A DNA stretch of 64,000 nucleotides from a virus (taxonomy: Duplodnaviria; Caudoviricetes): IMG/VR virus record IMGVR_UViG_3300031564_000194, positions 3,114 to 67,113 of that record; one strand, given 5' to 3'. This document shows positions 46,068 to 55,225 of this stretch, one piece after another. How positions within the stretch are numbered: the stretch's first letter is position 1; each line of letters begins with the position of its first letter. Below the pieces are notes generated by a model, which saw nothing but the letters and a program-made list of their open reading frames with translations, did no database searches and was not told the origin of the DNA. Position numbers and translations under genes: made by a program.

Positions 46068-46769
46068 ATGACAACAGTTGCCCAAATTCATCATCTCAAG
46101 TCCTGGTCATTCTCCCGGCTCATGGACTTTGAGTCCTGCAAGCTCAAGGCATGGCTCAAGCACGGCGCACGAATCCCCGACCCCAACCCTTCTCCAGCTG
46201 CAGATCGTGGTACGCAAATCCACACACTGGCTGAAGACTTCGTGCAAGGCAAGATCAAAGAACTCCCCCATGAACTCCGACACTTCAAGGACGAATTTCA
46301 TTCTCTCCGAAAAAGTTTCAAAGCTGGAAATGTCTCCCTCGAAGGGGAATGGGGTTTCAACAAAGAGTGGGAACCCTGCGACTACAAGCATGCCTGGGTA
46401 CGCATCAAACTCGACGCCTGCATCCACCCAGAAAAAACGCACGCAATCGTGGTGGATTACAAGACGGGCCGCAAGTTCGGCAACGAAATCAAACACGGTG
46501 AGCAGCTTCAGCTTTATGTCCTGGCTGTCTTCCTGCGTGAACCGACTGTTCAAGTAGTCACCGCCGAACTCTGGTATCTGGATCAGAACGATCTCACTTC
46601 CATCACCGTTACACGCGAAGCAGCACTCTCACGGTATCTGAAGCTCTATGACCGCCGTGGTCAGAAGCTCACCGGCTGCACCGACTTCCCCGCCAACCCC
46701 AACCAATTCTCTTGCCGTTGGTGCCCCTACAAACCTACCGGCACGGGTCACTGCAAGGTGGGTGTATGA
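46068..46769 (+). CDS. PD-(D/E)XK exonuclease (RecB/Cas4-like), 233 aa
   Basis: WSFSRL..C, RGTQIH, KLDA, VVDYKTG, QLQLY, CRWCPY...C. Confidence 0.85.
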   Translation: MTTVAQIHHLKSWSFSRLMDFESCKLKAWLKHGARIPDPNPSPAADRGTQIHTLAEDFVQGKIKELPHELRHFKDEFHSLRKSFKAGNVSLEGEWGFNKEWEPCDYKHAWVRIKLDACIHPEKTHAIVVDYKTGRKFGNEIKHGEQLQLYVLAVFLREPTVQVVTAELWYLDQNDLTSITVTREAALSRYLKLYDRRGQKLTGCTDFPANPNQFSCRWCPYKPTGTGHCKVGV

Positions 46770-46829
46770 CCGTTCGTTGCCAAGCCCAACTGAAATCAAC
46801 CAAGAAACGCTGCAAAGGAGTAGCCACTC

Positions 46830-48248
46830 ATGAACGCCAGGGATGCCCTGTCTGCGAAAAGCATTTCTTCGAGCAGCCCTTTGTTCGGGCACCAGAAACT
46901 CAGTGTCGCAAAACACGCGAAGACGCCCGTTATATTTGACAACAGCGATCCAGGCACGGGTAAGACTCGTGTTCAGATCGAAGTCTTCGCAGCACGTCGC
47001 CGCAAGAAAGGCAAAGCTGCCCTGGTGGTCTGCACCAAATCGCTGATCGACAGCGCATGGAAGGATGACTTCAACAAGTTCGCCTTCGACATGCACGTTG
47101 TCACAGCCTATGCCGAGAACCGCGAAGAAGCCTTCGCCATCGACGCTGACGTGTATGTGACAAACCATGACGCTGTGAAGTGGCTTGCAAAGAAACCGGC
47201 CAGCTTCTTCAAGCGGTTCGACACGCTGATTGTTGATGAAAGCACAGCCTTCAAGCATCACACCAGTCAACGTAGTAAGGCTATCGCCAAGATTGCCAAG
47301 TACTTCGTCTATCGCACCTGCATGACAGGTACACCGATTGCCAACGGAGTATGTGATGTGTGGCACCAAGTCATGATTCTCGACGACGGCAAGCGACTGG
47401 GTAACTTGTTCACCAAGTTCCAGCAAGCAGCCTGCAACTACGTCAAGGGGAACAAGGAAGAAGGTGGTGACGAACGCTATGGGAAATGGGTGGATCGTCC
47501 CGGCATCGAGAATGTTGTGGGTGAACTGCTCAAAGACATCATCATTCGCCACAAGTTTGAAGATTGCGTGGACATTCCACCCAATCATCGTTACGCGATA
47601 AAGATCAATCTGAGCAAGAAGCATCAGGCGCTCTACAACAAGATGGCTTTTGACAAGTTCCTCGAACTCAAAGGCAAGCCGATCAATGCCGTCAACGGCG
47701 GTGCTCTGTACCAGAAGCTGCTGCAAGTAGCATCCGGCGCTGTGTACTCCACCCCAGGTGACTGGGAGACTGTTGATACCGAGCGTTATGAGTTGGTGCT
47801 TGATCTGGTGGAAGAACGTCCTCAGACCATCGTCTTCTTCAGCTGGGAGCATCAACGCGACAAGCTGGTGGAAGAAGCTGAACGCCGTGGGATCACATAC
47901 GCCATCTACGACGGCAGTGTGACCAACACCAACAAGCGCAATGAGATCGTGAAGTCTTTCCAACGCGGAGAACTTAGAACCATCTTCGCTCACCCGAAGT
48001 CCGCAGGTCACGGTCTGACGTTGACCAAAGGTACAGCCACGATCTGGGCCTCGCCCACCTACAACCTTGAGTACTTCCTCCAAGGGTTGAAGCGTGTGCA
48101 CCGTATCGGTCAGACCGAGAAAACCGAAACCATCGTGATCGTTGCCAACGACACTGTGGATGAACAAGTGTGGGAAGTCTGCCAGGGCAAGGATGCCCGT
48201 CAGAAAGACTTCCTCACCGTGCTGGAACAACAAATGAGGGGTGTATGA
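46830..48248 (+). CDS. SNF2-family (SF2) helicase, 472 aa
   Basis: SDPGTGKT, IVDES, MTGTP, GHGLTL, RVHRIGQ. Confidence 0.9.
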   Translation: MNARDALSAKSISSSSPLFGHQKLSVAKHAKTPVIFDNSDPGTGKTRVQIEVFAARRRKKGKAALVVCTKSLIDSAWKDDFNKFAFDMHVVTAYAENREEAFAIDADVYVTNHDAVKWLAKKPASFFKRFDTLIVDESTAFKHHTSQRSKAIAKIAKYFVYRTCMTGTPIANGVCDVWHQVMILDDGKRLGNLFTKFQQAACNYVKGNKEEGGDERYGKWVDRPGIENVVGELLKDIIIRHKFEDCVDIPPNHRYAIKINLSKKHQALYNKMAFDKFLELKGKPINAVNGGALYQKLLQVASGAVYSTPGDWETVDTERYELVLDLVEERPQTIVFFSWEHQRDKLVEEAERRGITYAIYDGSVTNTNKRNEIVKSFQRGELRTIFAHPKSAGHGLTLTKGTATIWASPTYNLEYFLQGLKRVHRIGQTEKTETIVIVANDTVDEQVWEVCQGKDARQKDFLTVLEQQMRGV

Positions 48249-50230
48249 GTAAGAAGCAAATCATCATCTTCGATACGGAACTGATCGGCAAAAAGAAGCC
48301 TGTGTTCTTCGTCGGATGCAAGAACATCACCACCGGCAAAACGCTCGGTTTCTGGGAACACAAGCGTGGTCACATGGCAAAGCTGGAAGCCATGCTCCTT
48401 GATCCCACCTACACCTGGGTAGGTTTCAACAGCGAAAACTTTGACCGCCCTCTTCTAGCTGCAGCCGTCATGGGGCACGATGCCTCTGATCTAAAGACCG
48501 TAGCCACGGCCATCATCGAAGAACGCATGCGCTCCTGGCAGACCTACAAGGAGTTCAATCTGGACTTCCTTGAGTACGACCACATCGACTTGTTCGACGT
48601 AGCGCCGGGTGTGATGACCAGTCTGAAGACCTACATGGGTCGTATGGGCTACCCCACCATGCAGGACTTACCCTTCCACCACGACAAAGACCTGACGGTG
48701 GCTGAACAAGCTGTGCTTGAAAAGTACTGCTTGAATGACTTGGGTGGCACCGACTGGCTCATGAAGAAGCTGCAAGACGAACTCACTCTGCGAGAAGAAA
48801 TGTCCGAAGAGTACGGTATCGACCTTCGCTCCAAGTCAGACGCTCAGGTTGCTGAAGCGATCCTCAAGAAGAAGGTTGGTATCAAGAATGGTGAGAAGCA
48901 TGTACCCAGTTGGGTCAACTACATCACCCCCAAGTTCATCAAGACCGATCACCCCGGCATCAAGGAGATGATCGACCTGATTGAAGACCACGATTTCATC
49001 ATCAACAAGATGACTGGCTCCCCATCGGCCCCAGACTTCATGGAAGAACCTCTTCGTATCAACGAAGGTTTCTACCAAGTGGGTATCGGTGGGCTGCACA
49101 GCACGCACGACAAGAACATGTATCTGGAAGCCACAAAGGATCAGATCATCAGTGACTTTGACGTGACCAGCTACTACCCCAACATCATGATCAACGCCGG
49201 GTTGATCCCTCGACTCGGTGGTAACAAAGGTCAAGTGTTCCTTGACGAATACAGGAAGATTTATGAAGCGCGTGTTGCGGCCAAACGAAGTGGTAACAAG
49301 AAGGTGGCGAACTCCCTCAAGATCACCCTCAACGGTACGTTTGGCAAACTGGGTTCGATATTCTGTAGCTTCTACAGTCCTGATCTTATGCTTGCCGTTA
49401 CTATCACTGGTCAGCTTAATCTACTCTGCCTTATTCATGAGGTCGAGAAGATCAAAGGGGTCAAGGTCAGGTCTGCGAACACTGATGGCATTGTGGTGGT
49501 CTATCCGCCCAAAGCACGGAAGGCTGTCCTTAAGGTATTCGCGGAAAACAGCAAGCGTACAGGCTTTGATTACGAAGAAACCCAGTATCTGAAGTACGCC
49601 GCCAAGGACGTGAACAACTACGTCGCTGTGAAGAAGAAATTCGACAAGGCGACAGGTGAGTGGTTGATGGAACCTGACGGCACAAAGGGTAAAGGTCTCT
49701 ACGCTGAAAAGGGTCTGATGAAGAACCCCACCATGCAGGTATGTTCGGACGCCGTAGCCCAGTACTTGATCGACGGCACCAAGCCTGAAGACTTCATCCC
49801 CCAGGTCAAGACGGTGGACGACTTCATGTCGATTCGCAACGTCAAGGGTGGTGGTATCCAGCACAAGAAGTACGTCATGCTTGATGACTGGGTACAAGTT
49901 GAACATGGTCGTTGGCGTCGTCCTTGCTGGCCTGCCATCAAAGCTGACGAGAAACGTGTCAGCCGACCCAAGCCTGTGCAGGTAGGTGTAGGTGGTGAAC
50001 CCTTCGGACGTGTGGCTCGTTGGTACATGACCAAAGACAAGCTCCCTGCCCTCACGAGCATGGGTGGAGAGATCAAGGGCAAGGCCAACGGTAGCCAGAT
50101 ACCAAAGACCGAAGGCGCTCGTGTCTGCATGACGCTGCCCGACAAGCTGCCCAAAGATTTGAACATCCAGTGGTACATCGACGAGGCTTACTCGATGCTT
50201 ACAGACATGGGTGTGCAAAAAAGTCTCTAA
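48245..50230 (+). CDS. DNA polymerase, family B-like with 3'-5' exonuclease, 661 aa
   Basis: Start ATG 48245; FDTE exo I, GFNSENFD exo II, YCLND exo III, DFDVTSYYP, KITLNGTFGK, NTDG. Confidence 0.9.
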   Translation: MSKKQIIIFDTELIGKKKPVFFVGCKNITTGKTLGFWEHKRGHMAKLEAMLLDPTYTWVGFNSENFDRPLLAAAVMGHDASDLKTVATAIIEERMRSWQTYKEFNLDFLEYDHIDLFDVAPGVMTSLKTYMGRMGYPTMQDLPFHHDKDLTVAEQAVLEKYCLNDLGGTDWLMKKLQDELTLREEMSEEYGIDLRSKSDAQVAEAILKKKVGIKNGEKHVPSWVNYITPKFIKTDHPGIKEMIDLIEDHDFIINKMTGSPSAPDFMEEPLRINEGFYQVGIGGLHSTHDKNMYLEATKDQIISDFDVTSYYPNIMINAGLIPRLGGNKGQVFLDEYRKIYEARVAAKRSGNKKVANSLKITLNGTFGKLGSIFCSFYSPDLMLAVTITGQLNLLCLIHEVEKIKGVKVRSANTDGIVVVYPPKARKAVLKVFAENSKRTGFDYEETQYLKYAAKDVNNYVAVKKKFDKATGEWLMEPDGTKGKGLYAEKGLMKNPTMQVCSDAVAQYLIDGTKPEDFIPQVKTVDDFMSIRNVKGGGIQHKKYVMLDDWVQVEHGRWRRPCWPAIKADEKRVSRPKPVQVGVGGEPFGRVARWYMTKDKLPALTSMGGEIKGKANGSQIPKTEGARVCMTLPDKLPKDLNIQWYIDEAYSMLTDMGVQKSL

Positions 50231-50258
50231 CGCTCTTGTGTCATCTCACAGAGTGTTC
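50230..50258 (+). promoter_or_regulatory. sigma70-like promoter
   Basis: TTGTGT-17 nt-TATTAT in the intergenic gap after the polymerase gene. Confidence 0.55.
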
Positions 50259-50295
50259 TATTATTTCGAACAGAGTGTTTTCAAGGAGAAAACAA

Positions 50296-50682
50296 ATGGA
50301 CGCCAAAGTTAGAACGATTGGCTCAATGATCGACGACATCAACAAACTGCGTGAACGCAAACGCAAGTTGACCGCCGAGGTTGATGAGATCGAAAAGGAA
50401 TACAAGACCCTCGAAGAAGAAATCAAGGGTCGCCTAATGGCCGAAGGTATGGACAAGGCCAGCGGCAAGACAGCAACGGTGTCCATCAGCAAGAACATCG
50501 TGGCAAACGTGGTTGATTGGGAGAAGGTCTGCGCTTATGTCAAACGCACGGGCAACTTCCAGTTGTTCCAGCGACGTATCTCTGATCCGGCTTTCCGAGA
50601 GTTGCTGGAAAAGAAGAAGTCAGCAATCCCAGGTATGGAGAGCTTCGAAAAACTCTCTCTTAACTTGCGCTCAACGCTCTAA
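50296..50682 (+). CDS. coiled-coil phage protein (Gp157/Gam-like), 128 aa
   Basis: ATG 50296, SD AAGGAG; ANVVDWEKV..LFQRRIS pattern. Confidence 0.55.
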   Translation: MDAKVRTIGSMIDDINKLRERKRKLTAEVDEIEKEYKTLEEEIKGRLMAEGMDKASGKTATVSISKNIVANVVDWEKVCAYVKRTGNFQLFQRRISDPAFRELLEKKKSAIPGMESFEKLSLNLRSTL

Positions 50683-50708
50683 CACTGTCTCAAGAAGGAG
50701 TACATCAG

Positions 50709-51488
50709 ATGGCTACCGCCAAACCCAAATCCAAGACCGCAGTCGCTACTGCAAAGACCAACCTCCCTGCCAATCTGCAACAGGAAATGGCCGCTGAACT
50801 GGCGTCCTTCCAGAAGCGTCTTGCTGCCCCCAGTGGCGACAAGATCAAGTGCGGCAAGCGTGGTTTCGCCCTCCCCAATGGCGACACTGCCGAAACCCTG
50901 TCCGTGATCATCGTGGACTTCGTGTCGGTCAACAAGTACTACGAGAACGGCTATGACGAAAACAACATCGTCCCGCCCAACTGCATCGCCATCGGCCTCG
51001 AACCCTCTGGCCTGATCCCCAGCGACAACAGCCCTGACAAGCAAAACGACGCTTGTGCCAGCTGCTGGGCCAACCAGTGGAAGAGCGCTCAAAAGGGCAA
51101 CGGTAAGGCTTGCTCCAACCGCAAGCTCCTGGCTGTCATGTCTCCCGACGACGACGGCACCGGCCCCCTGATGATCGTGGACGTGTCCTCCACCGGCCTG
51201 AAGTCCTTCGATAGCTACGTGTCCAGCGTGGCTCGCACCTTCCAGCGTCCTCCCCGTGGCGTGATCACCGAGATCACCTACGACCCGAACCTGGACTATG
51301 TGAGTCTGCGCTTCGGCAACCCCCAGCCCTGCACTCCCGAGCAGTTCGCCCTGGCCTACAGCCGCAAGGAAGAAGCCATGACCCGTCTGCTCACTGAGCC
51401 TGACCTGACCCAAGCCGAAGCACCCGCCAAGGCCGCACCCAAAGGTCGTGGTGGTCTCAAGGCTCCTGTGAAGCGCAAGGTGGCCTAA
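50709..51488 (+). CDS. putative ssDNA-binding / annealing protein, 259 aa
   Basis: Position in the replication module; C..C..NQWKS..GNGKAC motif. Confidence 0.5.
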   Translation: MATAKPKSKTAVATAKTNLPANLQQEMAAELASFQKRLAAPSGDKIKCGKRGFALPNGDTAETLSVIIVDFVSVNKYYENGYDENNIVPPNCIAIGLEPSGLIPSDNSPDKQNDACASCWANQWKSAQKGNGKACSNRKLLAVMSPDDDGTGPLMIVDVSSTGLKSFDSYVSSVARTFQRPPRGVITEITYDPNLDYVSLRFGNPQPCTPEQFALAYSRKEEAMTRLLTEPDLTQAEAPAKAAPKGRGGLKAPVKRKVA

Positions 51489-51737
51489 ATGACTGTGCGC
51501 GACTGGCATGTCCAACGCGCACTGGAATCCTACCGTCAGCTTGTCAGCATCATCGACGAGTTGACGGAGGAAGAGGTGCTTGCGTGCCTCGACCTCGAAG
51601 TCGGAACACGTCGTCGTGCCACTCTGGTCGAACGACTGATCCAACAAGCCGCCGATCTTCATCGGCAAAACTATGTGAAGTCCCTTAAGGAGAAATACCA
51701 TGGCTCGCGCCAAATCCGCCGTACTCAGCCCCGCTGA
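51489..51737 (+). CDS. hypothetical protein, 82 aa
   Basis: ORF track. Confidence 0.55.
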   Translation: MTVRDWHVQRALESYRQLVSIIDELTEEEVLACLDLEVGTRRRATLVERLIQQAADLHRQNYVKSLKEKYHGSRQIRRTQPR

Positions 51738-51912
51738 AAAGAAAGCCGCCATCAAGACCGCCAAGGATGCCGTCAAGGCTCTGAACGCCAAGATCAAGGC
51801 CGACAACAAGGCCCACGCTGCCGTCGTCAAGGCTTACGACAAGCAAGCTGCTGCTGACCAGAAGGCTCTGGTCAAGCTGGAAGCTGAAGTCGCCAGCCTG
51901 ACCGGCGAGTAA
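51700..51912 (+). CDS. Ala/Lys-rich small protein, 70 aa
   Basis: SD AAGGAG. Confidence 0.6.
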   Translation: MARAKSAVLSPAEKKAAIKTAKDAVKALNAKIKADNKAHAAVVKAYDKQAAADQKALVKLEAEVASLTGE

Positions 51913-51919
51913 GCCGAAT

Positions 51920-52216
51920 AGGGCAGTTAGCTGAGACTGCCTGAGTCTAAATGCGGAACCTAAGAGAAGCGGGGAACCCTGTGGATCGTCGGTGAAGCAC
52001 TCAAACCAAAACTCAGCACCTACAAGAAGCCGATCTGGGAACCCACCGTGACACAGCGAGTGCGTGGGCATAGCCGACGATCACGCCCAGTGAGGCTTCT
52101 TGTAGGTAGTGCTTAGACAGATGGTGGCAACAGCTATCGGCTCACCGTTGAAAGAATACGGACAAGTCGGCCCGACTGAAATTTGTCGCCATCTGTGTGG
52201 GTTCAACCCACTTTTC
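51920..52216 (+). ncRNA. candidate large structured ncRNA ending in a terminator-like hairpin
   Basis: 14-bp perfect helix 52018-31/52094-107; 13-bp helix 52118-30/52183-95; GTGGG-TTCAA-CCCAC-TTTT. Confidence 0.5.
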
Positions 52217-52244
52217 TGAAATCTAACCGGAGACAAAACTCGCC

Positions 52245-52796
52245 ATGAAGCACCTTATGCTGGATATTGAGACCCTTGGGGTCAATCCCGGCTGCGTCGT
52301 TCTGAGTATCGGCGCTGTATCGTTCAATGAAACTGACATCTTCGGTAAGTTCTACGAACCAATCAGCATTGAGAAAAGTGTTGATCTGCACAAGCTGACC
52401 ATCGAACCCCGCACCATGCGCTGGTGGATGGAACAAAGTCCTGAAGCTCGCCAATATGCGTTTGTCGAAACCGACAACGAACTGGATCAAGTGTTGGAAA
52501 ACCTGAGTGCCACATTCGACTGGACTGAGCACCAAGTGTGGTGTAACGGTGCCTCGTTCGACTTCCCCATCCTGAAGCGCCTGTATCAACAAGCAGGTAT
52601 CGAGGTGCCCTGGCAGTTCTACAACGAGATGGACTTCCGCACCTTCAAGAACCTGTACAAGGACTTATTCAAGGCTGTACGAGTACAACCCGAGATCGCC
52701 CACCACGGCCTGTACGACGCCCTGGCACAAGCCAAGACCCTCCAAGCCATGTTCAAGTCACTGAAGTCGGAGGGTATCAATGCGCTCGCAGCCTGA
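52245..52796 (+). CDS. 3'-5' exonuclease, DEDDh (Rv2179c/exoribonuclease-like), 183 aa
   Basis: MLDIET, WCNGASFDF, HHGLYDA. Confidence 0.85.
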   Translation: MKHLMLDIETLGVNPGCVVLSIGAVSFNETDIFGKFYEPISIEKSVDLHKLTIEPRTMRWWMEQSPEARQYAFVETDNELDQVLENLSATFDWTEHQVWCNGASFDFPILKRLYQQAGIEVPWQFYNEMDFRTFKNLYKDLFKAVRVQPEIAHHGLYDALAQAKTLQAMFKSLKSEGINALAA

Positions 52797-53166
52797 AAAA
52801 GACCCTCATGGGAAAAAGGCCAACGAAGCAGGTGCCAAGCTCGACGCCGGTAAGAACCGGCTCGGTTTGGTTCTGCTGGGCTTCTCACGCGCTCTGAAGG
52901 AAGTCGGCAAGGTTGGCACCTATGGTGCCAACAAATATACCGACAACGGCTGGATGAAGGTGGAGGACGGCGAACGTCGCTATACAGACGCAATGCTGCG
53001 CCACCTCATGGCTGAAGGCTCTGGTGAAGAATGTGACCCGGACACTGAAATCCTTCACGCAGCCCACGCAGCCTGGAACGCACTGGCGCGTTTGGATTTA
53101 ATGGTTCGTAACAAAGAGTCCACCGGAGCACCTAAGAGCACTGGTAGTATACCTAAACGAAAGTAA
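52780..53166 (+). CDS. dATP/dGTP diphosphohydrolase domain protein (DUF5664-like), 128 aa
   Basis: KLDAGKNR...VGTYGANKY..NGW...YTDAMLRHL...HAAHAAWNAL. Confidence 0.8.
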   Translation: MRSQPEKDPHGKKANEAGAKLDAGKNRLGLVLLGFSRALKEVGKVGTYGANKYTDNGWMKVEDGERRYTDAMLRHLMAEGSGEECDPDTEILHAAHAAWNALARLDLMVRNKESTGAPKSTGSIPKRK

Positions 53167-53170
53167 TACG

Positions 53171-53584
53171 ATGGCAACGAAGCCAGAGAATACTTTTCGT
53201 AACGCAGTTCACAGACATCTGCCTTCTTCGCTATACCATGTAAAAATGTCAAACATGTATAACGCTGGCATAGCCGACGATTGGTATAGCGGAGAAAAGG
53301 CTGATCTGTGGATTGAATACAAGTTTTTACCTGTCATACCACAGCGGGTAAATATATGGATGGCCAACCCAAACCAGAAGCATCTGTCCACATTGCAGAT
53401 GAACTGGCTAAGAGGCCGACATAAGGAGGGGCGCAATGTTGCAGTTATTGTTGGAACCCCAAAAGGTGGTGTCATCTTGCCCGGTCTATCTTGGGAAAAC
53501 GAGCTAACCCCTGCCGAGTTCACAGCCAAGCTGTGTTCTAGGAAGGAACTTGCCGAGTGGATTGAGCGACAAACCGTCAGATAG
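53171..53584 (+). CDS. VRR-NUC / Holliday-junction resolvase-like nuclease, 137 aa
   Basis: PENTF...GIADD...WIEYK...LSTLQ..WL. Confidence 0.75.
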   Translation: MATKPENTFRNAVHRHLPSSLYHVKMSNMYNAGIADDWYSGEKADLWIEYKFLPVIPQRVNIWMANPNQKHLSTLQMNWLRGRHKEGRNVAVIVGTPKGGVILPGLSWENELTPAEFTAKLCSRKELAEWIERQTVR

Positions 53585-53608
53585 CAGAGTCTGACAAAAG
53601 GAGTTTTT

Positions 53609-54010
53609 ATGAGCATCCGATCAAACCGCAACATCTACCAGTTGCTGGAAAAGCATTTGCGTGCAGCGGAAGCACCTATGACTTGCGTTGAGTTGATGGC
53701 TATCGACGAAATACGTAAAGAAGCAATGAGTGAGTTCGGTGGCGATATTCAATTTGCAACGAACAAGCTCTCGGACTGTATCGGCCTCATGTGGCGCAAA
53801 GAACTTCTCAAGCGATACCCAGCGATTGTGACTGGTGGATCGCAAGCGAAGTACGCCTACATCTGGGGTAAGACTGATTCCGACGCAACTCCCGAACCTT
53901 TAGCATCCCCTCCTCCTCGGAGAACCAAGACAGGTGTTCTCATCAAAGAACATGATGACGGTGTAATCATTGAGTTTGAAAAGTTCACGGTATTTGTCAA
54001 ACCCAAATGA
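53609..54010 (+). CDS. hypothetical (possible winged-helix) protein, 133 aa
   Basis: ORF track; SD AAGGAG. Confidence 0.55.
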   Translation: MSIRSNRNIYQLLEKHLRAAEAPMTCVELMAIDEIRKEAMSEFGGDIQFATNKLSDCIGLMWRKELLKRYPAIVTGGSQAKYAYIWGKTDSDATPEPLASPPPRRTKTGVLIKEHDDGVIIEFEKFTVFVKPK

Positions 54011-54276
54011 GCCTTACCCTTACGAGGGCTGAGTTGATCGAAATAAGTGGATTCAAACAGCGCTCGAAAATCATCACTTGGTTAAAGAATCAGACCTACA
54101 CCTTTGACGTGGGGGCTGATGGCTGGCCCCGACTCGCTCGTTTGCAGTACGAAGCTAGGCACGCTAGTGCTTTGCCCAGGACTCTGACGCGCTCCGTTAG
54201 AGATGTGCCAAATGTGGAGGCTCTGAAGGAGATGCAACGTGGGACGAAAACGAAAAAGCAGGCTAGACCTACCTGA
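54007..54276 (+). CDS. DUF4224 excisionase-like protein, 89 aa
   Basis: LTRAELIEISGFKQRSKIITWL..F..GADGWP; overlaps the integrase start. Confidence 0.75.
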   Translation: MSLTLTRAELIEISGFKQRSKIITWLKNQTYTFDVGADGWPRLARLQYEARHASALPRTLTRSVRDVPNVEALKEMQRGTKTKKQARPT

Positions 54277-55225
54277 ACGGGTCTATTTCAAAAACGGCGC
54301 TTACCACTATGTTTACCCCACAGGTAAATGGGAAGTCCTTTCGAAGGACTATGCCGAAGCCATGATCAAGTGGGCGAAGATAGTCAACGCCAACGTAGAA
54401 GGAGGCCAGCGTACTGTTGGAGAACTCCTTGACCGTTACTTGTTAGAGGTCGTACCTAAGAAGGCAGAGCGGACGCAAAAAGACAATCGGCAAGAAGTTC
54501 GATGGCTACGCTCATTCTTCGGAAACATGCGACTCGAAGCTGTGAGTTCAGCGGACGTAGCGGCCTACGTTCAAGCTCGTGAAGCAAAGACGAGGGCTAA
54601 TCGTGAGGTCGCCCTACTCTCTCACGCCTTCAACAAAGCCATCCTCTGGAAGCTATGCAAGGAGAACCCCTGCACCTTACCAGGGCTGCGAAACACTGAG
54701 AAAGCTCGTGATCGGTATGTTGAGGATGAAGAGGTGGCGAAGTTCGTCAAGCTCGCACCCAACTGGATCAAGTTGTACGTAGAGCTTCGCCTCCAACTCG
54801 CACTGCGCCAACAGGACATGCTAGTCCTCCAGTGGGAGAAAGTCACCGATGAATACCTCGATGTCCGTACTCAGAAGACCGGCAAGCGACTTCGCTTTGC
54901 CATGACACCAGAGCTAAAGGACTGCCTCGACAAGATCGAGGTGAAAGGCGACTGGGTATTCATGAGTCGGACAGGTAAACCATACACACGCGGAGGCTTC
55001 GGCACCGAGTGGCGAAAGGTGATGACGAAGTTTGTCGAACAGGGTGGTGAGCGTTTCCACGAACACGACCTCCGTGGCAAGACTGCTACCGACATCGACG
55101 ACGTAGTGGTGGCACAGAAGGTTCTGGGTCACAAGAGTATCAAGACAACCGAAATCTACATCAAAGCCCGTAAGCGAGATGTAGTCCAACCAGTAAGGAG
55201 AAAGAAAAATGGCACACCTGATTGA
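54239..55225 (+). CDS. int: tyrosine integrase, 328 aa
   Basis: Catalytic R (LALRQQD), K (QKTGK), HxxR (HDLR), H (LGH) and Y (TTEIY) all present; N-terminal arm-binding-type domain. Confidence 0.9.
   Translation: MGRKRKSRLDLPERVYFKNGAYHYVYPTGKWEVLSKDYAEAMIKWAKIVNANVEGGQRTVGELLDRYLLEVVPKKAERTQKDNRQEVRWLRSFFGNMRLEAVSSADVAAYVQAREAKTRANREVALLSHAFNKAILWKLCKENPCTLPGLRNTEKARDRYVEDEEVAKFVKLAPNWIKLYVELRLQLALRQQDMLVLQWEKVTDEYLDVRTQKTGKRLRFAMTPELKDCLDKIEVKGDWVFMSRTGKPYTRGGFGTEWRKVMTKFVEQGGERFHEHDLRGKTATDIDDVVVAQKVLGHKSIKTTEIYIKARKRDVVQPVRRKKNGTPD

Noticed and set aside
46629-51830. Long minus-strand ORFs (46629-48233, 49421-50218, 50679-51830), and likewise 55161-56189 and 62362-63354
   Set aside because: Antisense to well-supported helicase, polymerase, SSB-like, DUF932 and ligase genes.
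52018-52107. Retron msr-msd (long inverted repeat)
   Set aside because: No reverse transcriptase in the window and no recognisable branching-G context.
52780-53166. Diaminopurine (Z-genome) pathway
   Set aside because: Only the DUF5664-like gene is present; purZ and datZ are not seen in this window.
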